Source: Octopus bimaculoides
Lineage: Eukaryota
NCBI RefSeq assembly: GCF_001194135.2
Contig: NC_068983.1
Coordinates: 60,969,718-61,005,856, forward strand
Length of the DNA stretch: 36,139 bases
Direction: 5' to 3'
Under the pieces are notes generated by a model that saw only the letters and a program-made list of their open reading frames with translations, had not been told where the DNA came from and made no database searches. Positions 11,086-22,240 of this stretch are shown here, one piece after another (positions within the stretch are counted from its first letter, which is position 1; every line of letters starts with the position of its first letter). The position numbers and the translations under genes are program-made.

Positions 11086-12729
11086 TATTTCTTTATTTCC
11101 CATAAAGGGTATACACAGATATTAGTACAACACATGTGGGGACATACAAAAATAACACAGACAAATAAATAAATATAAAAATTAAAATTAAAAGCGTATG
11201 ATGTACATGCATGATAACAATGAAATGAATATGAAAATGGACTACTTGCCCCACCAAGCGGCCTCATTTCTTCCTTTTACCATTTATAAGGTGTGTCCCT
11301 TAATATATCCACTCCATGTTCCTTTATTATGTCTATGTACTTCGAACTATCCGGTAACCATTTTTACGTCCGCGTACAGTCTCCAATATTTAACTCCTTT
11401 TTATATTTGGATATCACATCCTTTTGGCTTTGAGTCACCTGTACACACAATTGCAAGCCTATAATGTTTATGAATCCCTCCATGTTCACGAATTTCGCCG
11501 TTTTCCACCTCCTAACCTCATAAATCAAATCTTCTTGTGCCTCCTCTGTCAACAAATTTTGTAAATCCTGTGATGTCAGTTTGCTTTCTTTTTCTTTTTG
11601 TTTTGTAAAAGAGGGGGATGGGTGGGTTTTGTTTCTGCGGGTAGAAGGGTGGGACTGAGCAGGTGTGGGTGGGGTGAGGGTGGTTTGGTGTTCCATCTCG
11701 TTCTCTCCTTTCTTTCTCTTTTTCCCAGCTACTGTCTATACTTCTTCCTTTCTCTGCGTTTCCTTCAATATCTCCTCCTGTATTTTTTCTGGCTCTTTTT
11801 CCTCTTTTTCTCTTGTTTTCTATGTGGTACAGTGTGCTCTAATGTGGCCTTTCTGGCCACATTTAAAACAACGAGGGACTCTTCCATCCACCTACACTCT
11901 TAGAATCGTCTCTCCGATCGACACCGTTTCTACAAGTTCTTCCAGCGTTTCCACTTCCGCTTGAACTATTAGGTCTAGCGTCTTGCCTTTCCATTTTGTT
12001 CCTTCTATTTCTGTGGCCTGGATGACGGCCACCTCCTCCTTATTTCAGAGTAGGGCCGCTGTTGCAATCCAAGCCACATCTATATCTGGTGGGATTCCTT
12101 CTACCCTAATCTTGGAAGTTTTTCTTCCAAGATTAGTGGGTAGAAGGACCACTTAATCTGTTCTTGCCGTAGTCATTGCTTGTTGCCTTGCCACTTCCTC
12201 TGTCCTAAAAGGGACTACAATAGATCCGTATGAATTTCCTCTTCCTACATATTTATCTCTTTCATTACCGAGCATAAAGCCTTTTCAATTACCTCCTCCT
12301 TCGCATGTTCCAATCTTCTTTCTTATACACCAAAATCTTTTTTTCCATCTCCTCCAACATCTTCTTGGGTGGTGACAACTTAACGTCACCCACCTCTCTG
12401 TGCGCCATTTTACCGTCTTTGTCAATATTTGATAAGTTCACCTGTTTTCTTTTTTCTTTTGTCACTTCTGCAAAGTTCTTTTTACCTAATTCTCTGTCCA
12501 TCTTTTTTACCGCCCTCATCAGTTCTTCCTCTGAAGAGGACAACTCAGTATCGCTAAGGTCCGAGTAATACATTTTACTTTTTGCCATTATCCTAGCTAA
12601 CTCTCCTTAAAGCGGGGAGAAAGCACCACCAACAAAACCGCTGCAAAGCAGCGCAAAAACAATTTACAAAGTGTTAAAAAAACACTGACGCAAAATTACA
12701 ACTGTAAAAATAACTTACAAACACTCAAC
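11086..12729 (-). mobile_element. Element B: second, diverged ORF1-only element with 5' UTR, decayed ORF1 and tail
   Basis: ATG at 12588. Frameshifted KYVGRGNSYGSIVVPF, KIRVEGIPPDIDVAW and VDGRVPRCFKCGQKGHIRAHC (knuckle 11829-11870). Ends AATAAAGAAATAA and is flanked by target repeats at 11069-11085 and 12730-12746. Confidence 0.8.
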
Positions 12730-13819
12730 GGCGTGCTAACGTTTCTGCTAGCTCGCCGCCTTGAAAAGACAAAAATAATATCACAAGAATTATTTTCTCG
12801 GAAAAAATAACGGAACGTCTCATTCAGGAACAGTTTTTATATCCTTACTTATTGAATTGCGGGCAGAGTAGAAAAGAATCATTGCAATCGAGTCTATTAT
12901 CAATATCTATGGAAAAGATGTGAACGATTCAACTCACTTTTACAGTCTTCTAAATTTAATAGGTCCTATAAACATCTCGATAATGAAAACATCTTGTGAG
13001 ACAGGAGAGCATTGGTTTCAATTTAATGCCCTGTTTCTATAGAAATGCTCTGTTTCTATAACAGGAGGATGAAATGATTTGAACTGTGTCTCGGCATTAC
13101 TGACCACGTAGCCTTAATTTTACTGTTTCGACCTGTTAATTTACAGCTACTTTATTTTCTCAACTCCTGAAGGATGAAAAGTTGAACACAAAAAGATGCA
13201 TCTAAATATTGCAAGACGTTTAGGAATTCTCACAATAAAATTTCTCAACGTAATAATTTCTGTATTTTGTCAAAATTGAGTGACAGACGAGTGGACATTT
13301 CAAAGAGAGGGCTTGGACGAAATGGACAGTCTTTTATTCTTAGTTTCTTAATCTTGCCCTTTTCTATTTCTTTCACTATAGTCACTAGACGGAGAAAAAC
13401 TGCATACAATTCCTTAATCCGACTGGATTCTTCCTATATGTAACAACAGTTGTTCAAAATAACTCAACAAGTCAGAAATGGTCGGAAACTTAATGATGTC
13501 GTGAAGAACGGGCTCCTGACAGCGTACATCACGGACAAGTCCTGGTGACGACACTGCATTGCTTGATTATTCTGGTCTGGTTCTCCAGAAAATATCGTTT
13601 AGTTCTTTGTCTTCAAAAGATGTCAGCTCTTCTATTATCTATTTTCATGATCTTTCTAGCTTCCCTTATCTTCTTTGTGTTATCGAGAAAGATCTTTTCC
13701 CAACAGCTTGCGGTTGTAGTATTGCATTCGCTAATGTTATTGATGCAATTATTATTGTTGCTGGTACTGATACTGATATTATTGCTGCTGTTATTGGTAC
13801 TTTATTTTAACTATCTTGA

Positions 13820-14600
13820 AAGGCAAAGTTGACCTCGCCGCTGAGTATTTTGTGCACCGCTAACGATTCTACCAATCCACTGCTCTTCATAACTTTTTCT
13901 GACATAGGCACAATGTCAGAAACGTGCGGGAGACGTTAATCGATTAAATCGACTTCTGTACATGATAGATTCTTTAATTTATCGACTTGGAATAAGTTCT
14001 ACCAAAACACATAGTTTCAAATGAAAGAGAAGGTGAAAGTCTTGGATTCGGCAAATGCTTTTTTATATCAATCTGAAAGTATGAAAGTCAGGGTTAAAAT
14101 CGACAGGATTTCAATTTAATAATAAAAAGCCTGAATGAATACCGCAACGTGTTTGATCCGACGTTCCGGCGTCTATACCAACCAATACTTTTTCTCTTTC
14201 AACCATAGGCACGAGGCCTGAAATTTTGTGGGAGGGTGCTAGTCAATTATATCGACCTCTGTGCTCAACTAGTGCTTATTTTATCGGCCCCGAAAGGATG
14301 AAAGGCAAAGTGGACCTCGGCAGAATTTAAACTTAGAACGTAAAGTCGGAAAACATGTTGCTAAGCGTTTTGTCTGGTGTACTAACGATTCTGCCTGCTC
14401 GTCGCTTTAAATAATTCTTTTTAATACAGGCACAAGGCCTGAAATATTAGGAATGAGGGAGAGTCGATTACATCGACCCACATGGCTCGACTGGATGAAA
14501 AGCAAAGTCAACCCCGGCGGCATTTGAACACAGAATGCAAAGTCGAACGAAATGCTTCTAAGCATTTTACCTGGCGTGCTAACGATTCTGCCAGTTTGTT
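13820..14600 (-). mobile_element. Cluster of about 4-5 tandem copies or fragments of the dominant SINE
   Basis: Repeated AAAGGCAAAGT(C/T)GACCTCG and GCTAACGATTCTGCC cores on the plus strand. Confidence 0.75.
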
Positions 14601-14643
14601 GCCCAAATAGCAACCATTAATATCAACAAAAGTTTCAACTTAC

Positions 14644-14767
14644 CCCATACCGTTTCTGAAGGTAATCTTGTTTTTATCTTGACTGTTAGCTTTCCGGAAA
14701 CGAAGACACGTTAATGCATTCCAGTCGTCCATTGCATTCTGAACTTCAAGCTTCTGTTCTTTAGTAA
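14644..14767 (-). CDS. Astacin exon: xTKEQKLEVQNAMDDWNALTCLRFRKANSQDKNKITFRNGM(G)
   Basis: Matches the AM..W...TC[IL]RF...[IV].F..G.G astacin segment. Acceptor ttcttcatccttcgacag, donor gtaagt, 124 nt, phase 1 to 2; splices in frame to 6953. Confidence 0.93.
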
Positions 14768-15139
14768 CTGTCGAAGGATGAAGAAGTGAAGATTATGCAC
14801 TAATTCAATAATATTTTAATGAAGTAACAATCAAAAATTACAACTCCAAGATTTCATTAGAAAGTTGCAGCCATGTAATCAGTTATAAGGATGATATTGC
14901 ACATGATATACAATATATACACATATACACTTATATTTATATTTATTATTCTTTAACAAGAATGGTGTTGACAATGACTTCCAAGTTTTGGCCTGTTAGC
15001 CTTCATTGGACAGTCCGATGTAGGCTAAACAGGCAGAAACTCCGAAGTTACTCTCAAGGGAGAAAGACCCATCATTACCTTTAATTACATTTTGAAAACT
15101 GTTGATGGCAACTACATACATTATACCTATGTATATAAC

Positions 15140-15424
15140 ATGTGTGAAGTGGTCAGAGTGTTGCACTCACAATCGCGGTTTTGATTCCCGGACCGGCGGT
15201 GCATCGTACTTTTGAATAAAACACTTCATTTCACGTTGCTCCAGCCCACTCGGCTGAAAACGAGTAACAACACCACGGACTGGCATTCCGTTCGGGAGGA
15301 ATATTGGCTTACTTGCCATGCCAGCGGGATGGCATCATTCGAAAGCTACGACAAAGCGATGAAGTGCATTGTGACCAGCGTTGTATAACAGCATCCGACA
15401 GTCTGATCGATACGGTGACATATC
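15140..15424 (+). mobile_element. tRNA-derived SINE, same family as 3590-3816
   Basis: GTGGTCAGAGTG...GATTCCCGGACC...CACTTCATTTCACGTTGCTCCAGCCCACTCGGCTG. Confidence 0.7.
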
Positions 15425-15466
15425 ATGTATGTATATATATATACCCTAATACGTAATGGTTTCAGT

Positions 15467-15944
15467 NNNNNNNNNNNNNNNNNNNNNNNNNNNNNNNNNN
15501 NNNNNNNNNNNNNNNNNNNNNNNNNNNNNNNNNNNNNNNNNNNNNNNNNNNNNNNNNNNNNNNNNNNNNNNNNNNNNNNNNNNNNNNNNNNNNNNNNNNN
15601 NNNNNNNNNNNNNNNNNNNNNNNNNNNNNNNNNNNNNNNNNNNNNNNNNNNNNNNNNNNNNNNNNNNNNNNNNNNNNNNNNNNNNNNNNNNNNNNNNNNN
15701 NNNNNNNNNNNNNNNNNNNNNNNNNNNNNNNNNNNNNNNNNNNNNNNNNNNNNNNNNNNNNNNNNNNNNNNNNNNNNNNNNNNNNNNNNNNNNNNNNNNN
15801 NNNNNNNNNNNNNNNNNNNNNNNNNNNNNNNNNNNNNNNNNNNNNNNNNNNNNNNNNNNNNNNNNNNNNNNNNNNNNNNNNNNNNNNNNNNNNNNNNNNN
15901 NNNNNNNNNNNNNNNNNNNNNNNNNNNNNNNNNNNNNNNNNNNN
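15467..15944. other. Assembly gap (N)
   Basis: Run of N. ORFs spanning it are artefacts. Confidence 1.
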
Positions 15945-17151
15945 TTACAGGATCTCTGAAAATGGTGAAGTAAAGGAGGAATAAACTACGGCCTCTCATA
16001 GATTGCTGCAGTAGAAAGCAGTGCATCAAGATATCCTCAAACGAAAGACCCGGTCTAAATGCTTGCAACAGAGTGGAATCCACTAAAGGTAGCCAAAGAC
16101 TAAGTAATGGTGTTAAACCGGGTGACTAATTAGGTCCATCTTGCTAGAATAGATACATTCAATTTCCATCAATCCCATGCCACTCGCAAAACGTGTCAAC
16201 CCAATGTAGAAGATACACTCCCAAAGTGATGTGTGTACATTGAGATCGAACTTGAGGACACATAATAGCGAAGAGAACTTTTTAACCACAGAGTCGTTCT
16301 TGTATCCGATTGAAAGAAACGACAAAAGTTATGGGAGGGGGAACTAATGTAATGAAAGAGTCAAGAAAGAACATGAGTAAATTTAAAGAAAGTTATACAA
16401 GAAAATATTTTTTAAATCTTTAATCCTTTGACTTTATATGAATTAATACTTTCAACAATGGATAAAAATTAATCTTATCCAAATCAAAAGAGGCCATACC
16501 ATCAGTTCTTGTTACTGAATTCTGTGCAATTAAGTTGACGAACGATAAATTCATTAGTACAGTTATTTCCAAATTTTAGTCGCGGCAACCTGTTACTATT
16601 TTTTAAAAAGCTGCAGAGCCAATTTTACTGGCAGCCCCCTGCAACCTTAATTTTAATGTCATTAAATGGAACAAAATTCGTTTTAGGGGAGGCATTTTTC
16701 GTGCAAAAAAAAGAAACACAGAAAATAAATTATTTTGAAAAGGAGGAATAACGTTTTTTATCAAACAAATTTTCATTAAATTTCATTAAAAGGCATTTTA
16801 TCACGCAGTACACCAGAATTTTATCGGGGAACCCACACAGAGAAACACTTTAATAAGATAAGATACCGGACCATGTGAATGGATCCTGCTGCCAGAGAAC
16901 CTTAACCCAGAACTTGAAACAAACGAAGCAATCATTAGTTCTATGTAATATTTCTGCTAACCCTTGTTGATGTTTGGTCACAATAATCGAGCAGATCTAT
17001 GATCAAAAGCTTATTCACCAAGATTTACCATCAAATAAACGAACGATAAATATTCGGTTATATTAGAAGTTAATTTATTACTGCTAATATTCATAGAAAA
17101 TTTTATACGTATTGTTTACATCTAATTTAAGTTCGAGTATGAAGAACTACG

Positions 17152-17403
17152 CAGTGGCGTTGCGTCAGCAATGCAACAAAGGTCGTTACTCTGGGCGCAA
17201 AATACCAAAAGTAAAATAATAAAGTAATAATAAGACATATAACTGTCCACTGGCGGTGGTGTAGCGTAGGGTGTGCTAACTGTACAGGGCAACCAATTTA
17301 TATTGGTATATTTTAAATAAAGTAGGCGGCTAATTTAGCAACGACAAGAGAGGCCAAAACCCACGCTACATCCACGGGTTAGGGAATGCGCCTTACGTCA
17401 CTG
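17152..17403. mobile_element. Old hAT-type MITE with an internal second inverted-repeat pair
   Basis: Termini CAGTGGCGT / ACGTCACTG. Flanks GAACTACG and GATCTACA match at 6 of 8, like a decayed 8-bp TSD. Confidence 0.55.
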
Positions 17404-17710
17404 GATCTACAAAATAGCAACACGATCAGTACAAATTAATTATGGCGTCTGCCATGAAATGTAAACCTTATACACATTTTATTGATAATGGGAATTGCAT
17501 ATATTTGTACCATGCTAGATCTTGAGTGTGGTACTGATATAGTCGCCTGAGATAAGCCTATTACAATCAAAGAGGTTACATTTGATATCGTAACCAGAAA
17601 AGACGAAACTAAGATTAATATATTTCCTCTTGCGTTAGCCACTTACACTATACTAATAAGGTATGTTAACAAATAAAATTTTAATAAAATATAGATATAT
17701 ATGTAATCAC

Positions 17711-17813
17711 CTCTGCATCATGAGCTCTCGCCAAACATCAATAGTAAACATCATATCCATTTCGGTTTTCACAATTCCGTTGCTTGAATCGTACATAAAA
17801 TCCATCTCTCTGC
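17711..17813 (-). CDS. Astacin propeptide exon: (S)REMDFMYDSSNGIVKTEMDMMFTIDVWRELMMQ
   Basis: EMDMMFT resembles the astacin propeptide E[GL]D[IM]xLT Asp-switch motif. Acceptor ttcattttag, donor gtgatt, 103 nt, phase 1 to 2; in frame with the 21878 exon. Confidence 0.78.
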
Positions 17814-17951
17814 CTAAAATGAAATCAATTTGAAAAGAAATCAATTGTAGATACATTATTAGTTTTAACAGTCATAAAATCTACTGCGCCAAGAAGATTT
17901 CCCAAATGTATGACATTGTTTAATGAATCGCTTTAAACAAGCAATTTAGAT

Positions 17952-19030
17952 CAGCAGTAGCAAACCTTTTTCACGGTACAGATATTACGGATAGAGAAAA
18001 ATATATTCGTACACAATTTTTCATTTTAGGTTATTAAAGAAATTAAGCTATTTCACAAAAAATATGTATTAGAACAGACGTCTTTAGAATGTTATGCAGA
18101 TTCTGGTTTTGTATTAAATAATGGTAAGTGGTGAAAAGGTAGGAATTGCATCTCTCATCAATACAACCAACTCGGGAAGGTGATCGCTTGCTTTAGTTTG
18201 TATTTGCTTTTATTCAGTCCCTGCCGAGAAGCCCTTCTCCCAGAAGTATGTATTATGAAATAGAACCAACATTTTAGATATCTCAACAACCAGCCTTTTC
18301 ATTTCAATCACTTCATTAAACATCATAACTAAAGATACTTTCATAGTTTATACAGAGTGTTTTTATTTCTGCACCATGTTTCACTACAAACGTTGAATCT
18401 CGGCCTATTTAGGAGTATTCGGCGTATCAATATCTACATGAAATAGATTTAACATCCTACCTGATAGTTTTATCAGCATCACTCTGAAGGAAAGTATTTT
18501 CTGTCTTAAAGATCAAAAGGCGAAAATGATCCATCATGATCTATAGATGCTGCTATAGTCCTCAAATCCTGTATCCATCAAAGTTCCGGTGTATAAGCAA
18601 AATAGAGAAGGGTAACTGCTTAACATTTTCTTCTTAAAGCCTTAACGGAACTTGAAATCTCTGGATCTTGCTAATTACAAGGGGAGTTGTGATTGTTCTT
18701 CTATTCTTTTTCTTGAGGTGATATGTTTTCAAAAATAGAAGCTATATAGCCCAATATGGTGATCCACTTCGTGTCATCGAAGGAAGTCACATAGACTTTG
18801 TATTGACGAGAAATACGAAGACCTTACTGTGAATTCTGATGCAGACAGAACATATTTCGTGAACACCACTACACCTGACAGAATACCCATCATTGATGCA
18901 GTCTCTTCAGTAGTTAGGGAAATACATTCGACTCAAAGAATTCTAATGTTAACAAGGAAATCATTAATTTTGTGGAAAATAGCCTCCCCTTTGGTTTCCT
19001 CTCCAATGCCAATACAACATAGACAACGTT
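17952..19030 (-). mobile_element. Decayed, internally deleted hAT (Charlie/Buster-type) transposase remnant
   Basis: Minus-strand peptides GEAIFHKINDFL...ECISLTTEETASMMGILSGVV (CxxxCTDGAxxMxG-like) and LVLFHNTYFWEKGFSA (TYLCExxFS-like). TIR-like CAGCAGTAGCAAACCTTTT at 17952. Confidence 0.7.
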
Positions 19031-19118
19031 CAGAATCATAGGAAATAGACGTGATGAAGAACCTATGTACGGTTCTAGATTTAAGATATTAGGAACTATA
19101 TACATTATTTACATCATC

Positions 19119-19533
19119 TACATTATTTACATAAGACGGATATTTGTCCTCATCTTGTTTGTTGCTAACGCAACGTTTTGGCTGATATACCCTCCAGCCT
19201 TCATCAGGTGTCTTGGGGAAATTTCGAACCTGGGTTCTCATTCCTTAGCCACTACGCCATATGCCCACAGGCATATGGCGTAGTGGTTAAAAGCGCGGGC
19301 TACTAACCCCAAGAGTCTGAGTTCGATTCCAAGCAGTGACCTGAACAATAATAATAACAACAACAATAATAATAATAATAATAATAATAACATCGAAAAA
19401 TACCTTAGGAATGAGAACCTAGGTTCGAAATTTCCCCAAGACACCTGATGAAGGCTGGAGGGTATAACAGCCGAAACGTTGTGTTAACAACAAACAAAAT
19501 GAGGACAAATATCCGTCTAGTGTAAATAATGTA
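19119..19533 (+). mobile_element. tRNA-headed small element with (AAT)n spacer and Penelope-type 3' tail, plus an inverted partial copy
   Basis: A box TGGCGTAGTGG at 19276, B box GAGTTCGATTCC at 19319, (AAT/AAC)n at about 19346-19390, tail 19407-19533. The tail's reverse complement occupies 19119-19245. Confidence 0.8.
19440..19485 (+). ncRNA. Putative minimal type-I hammerhead ribozyme
   Basis: GACAC-CTGATGA-A-GGCTG(gagggtataa)CAGCC-GAA-ACGT-T-GTGTT. Stem I is GACAC/GTGTT, stem II is GGCTG/CAGCC, helix III is the palindrome ACGT, and the cleavage triplet is GUU. Confidence 0.7.
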
Positions 19534-19719
19534 AGCTATGTACGATTAGTTATGACTGTCCTTTCACCCATATGGTGCATTTCATAACACGCGAATAGTT
19601 CTTTTAAAATTTTGCAGAAACCATCAGCTCTTAGTCTCATCGTGTTGTTTATTATACGACAGTCATATATCATAAATGAATTACAAAATATCTGCTAGAT
19701 CAGTCTATGGTACAGTGCA

Positions 19720-20930
19720 TGGATGGTTATTACCATTATCGTTGCTTCAAACTTGCTTAAAATTTTACGATGCAGTGCGATAGAAAACCATTCATCCAAT
19801 AGTCGAGACTCAGGTGGAAAACATAGACGGGTAATTATGCAGAAGGATTTTCACGCCAAAAACGGTCGATTACTATTTTCCCTAAATTTCTCGAGGGCAA
19901 AATCTCCAATGAGATTTGGTGAAAATAGGATCAATATGTCAGAGAATGTTGTTGCTTGTGACTATTTCAATTACGCAAGTGATATTGGAAATGACTACAA
20001 CAAGACGATAGTTAGAAGAGTTAGCTTACTTGGAAATGAGACACACTAACATTTTTCCAATTATCAGAGCGTGAACCTGGTGGAGTTGAAAAGGATAGTT
20101 TTAGAAAAGATTTGCCAAGTGGGGACTGTGTGGTATTGCATGTAGGAAAGCAAATGTGGAAATGTTCTCAGTGGGAGTACAGCTTTCAGACCCTATAAGG
20201 CTGAAAAGTTGAAGGAAGCTGAATTCTACTAAGTTAGTAGATATTCTTTCGATAAAGAACAAAACATATTGACTGTAATTTGAGAGGCGAGAGAGTTTGT
20301 GGTCTGTGCAAAGAAATCGAGCACAGTTCGCATTTTGGACGAGAATCTTGCATAAGCCTTGGGGATGGTAAAAGCCGTCCAGTTTATAGGAGTGTCTGAT
20401 TTTGTATAAACAGAACTATAGTGTTGGTAACATATAGGTCTTTTGAAGAGGTAGTTGTTCAAAACGGAAGTATCTTTTGCTCTTGATTGAGATTCGGGTT
20501 TTGTTATGTTATCAGAGGATGGTCGCATAAAAATAGTAACTTCCCGTTGTAGGGATGGTAAACGTCGACATAATTCTTACTGTTCCTACCTTCCCTGCTC
20601 AAAATCTAGGCAGTCCTAGTACCTGGCAATCTATTGGGTGGGACGTCCCTTGGTTTACAGACTCTACTGGATAGTTCCACTCTGAAATCATTCCAACTTA
20701 TCTCATCTTTAGTATATCTTGTATTACATTGTGCATCAGTCGAGTTCATACGCAACCACAGAATTTCAGTCTCTGACCATTGTTGTTGCGTAGCTCCACG
20801 TCGGCTCTGATTATGCAGACCTACGATTAAAGACCTTACTGTCATAACTCTCCCATCTCGGACGAAATGTATAGAGAAGATATTTAAGGTGGTTGGGTAG
20901 GATTTGAATGGACTTTGGTCGCTCTTTCTA
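19720..20930 (-). mobile_element. Heavily decayed CR1/Jockey-group LINE ORF2 remnant
   Basis: Broken minus frames give SPHLANLF, WKNVSV and ANSSNYRLVVVISNITCVIE (NYRPISLLS-like), plus an upstream SWNDFRVELSS. Confidence 0.55.
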
Positions 20931-21336
20931 ACAAGTCAAGCGACGGTGAGTGAACTCTTTCAGGGATTGTGGATGAAGAAATATGTCTTTCGTTTCTTCC
21001 TGCTAGTAAAATTTACATAGCACCAGGTCTGAAATAAAATATTCTGTTTTCATATTGTTTATATATTAAAATATGTCTTTGTTTATTATGACCGTTATTT
21101 AGATTATGTGTTGTAGTCATGAAAAGAAGATGAGTAGTATGTGTCACGAAAGGAATATATAAAAAGATATTATTTGTTCTATTTTGAACCCTACAAAAAT
21201 TAATTGGTACACCAAAGATCCTTGGAAGGGTTCGAACGGAAAAATCTCACGATCAGAGTGTATCATGCTAATGTATGTGTACATGTGCGTTTGGTTTAAT
21301 TGTTAGCAGCATGTATGTAAGTGCTACAAAGGATAA

Positions 21337-21338
<2 letters not shown>

Positions 21339-21384
<46 letters not shown>
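21339..21384 (+). repeat. (GT)n microsatellite
   Basis: Seen directly. Confidence 0.98.
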
Positions 21385-21386
<2 letters not shown>

Positions 21387-21877
21387 ACATGGTATATCTG
21401 GTTGTCGTCGCATACTTTTTTTTCACGGTTATTGTTTACTGTATACTGATCTGATCTTTACTATAGTTGACAGGTTGTGACCGACGGTGGTGCTACCGCT
21501 GCTGCAGTTTTGGCTGGGCAACAAAATATTTCACTTGATATATTCTTTTCTTGGAAGCTAGGTACCAACTGACTGACTTGTCTTTATCTATTTCTATAAA
21601 AATCATGAATAACAGAACAAAAGTAGGTCAAAAGGATTCGCTTGATTGGTCGATGAAAACCAAAGATTTCTGTTGCTAGCCTGCCAATGTGCCCAGATTT
21701 ATTCATAGTTAGTGAAACGAGAGTTTGACATTCGAATCTTAAACTTCCCATTGCATTCTTTTAAAACGTTATTGAATGATTTTAAGTAGATACGTGGGAG
21801 AGACTAACGAGAATACAGGTTCAATACAGATATGTGACGAAACTTCGATAAAAGAATTGAAGTGTAAGACTACTTAC

Positions 21878-21929
21878 TTGATTCGGAAGCGTCTGCAATT
21901 ATTTGATCGATTGATTTTTCTTCTGCAAC
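21878..21929 (-). CDS. Astacin propeptide exon: VAEEKSIDQIIADASES
   Basis: Strong acceptor tttccttgtctttctttcccag, donor gtaagt, 52 nt, phase 0 to 1. The KSIDQII motif resembles mollusc astacin propeptides as I recall them. In frame with 17813. Confidence 0.75.
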
Positions 21930-22059
21930 CTGGGAAAGAAAGACAAGGAAACAGCTCTGACTTTTTGACTTTAAGAAATTAAATTAAAGAATTTCAATTT
22001 TGCTGATGTTTAACGGTAGACCAACAGAAATATCATTAATACTATAACGAAAGCAGCAA

Positions 22060-22240
22060 GCTGGCAGAATCGTTGATGCGTTGAGCAAAATTCTTAGCGG
22101 CATTTCTTCCAACTCTATACATTTCATCCTTTCGGAGTTGATAAAATATGTACCAGTTGAGCACTGGACTTGATGTAATCGACTAACCCCTCCCCTCAAA
22201 ATTACTGGCCTTGTGCCAAAATTAGAAGGAATTATTAATA
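22060..22240 (+). mobile_element. Dominant SINE copy (diverged)
   Basis: AGCTGGCAGAATCGTT...CATCCTTTCGGAGTTGATAAAATATGTACCAGTTGAGCACTGG. Confidence 0.7.

Noticed and set aside
9096-13832. Hydrophobic plus-strand ORFs (e.g. 9096-9467, 11598-11903, 13545-13832)
   Set aside because: They are antisense shadows of Lys/Glu-rich ORF1 or low-complexity sequence, not genes.
14985-15025. Second hammerhead-like string on the minus strand (CCAATGAAGGCTAACAGGCCAAAAC)
   Set aside because: Both core motifs are mutated (CCAAUGA, AAAAC) and there is no stem I. At best it is a decayed Penelope end.
15346-16083. Long ORFs across the N gaps (also 30246-30681)
   Set aside because: Artefacts of translating N runs.
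19270-19341. Possible tRNA gene
   Set aside because: It has A and B boxes but only a 3-bp anticodon stem and a poor acceptor stem, and it is fused to a repeat tail. Treated as a SINE head.
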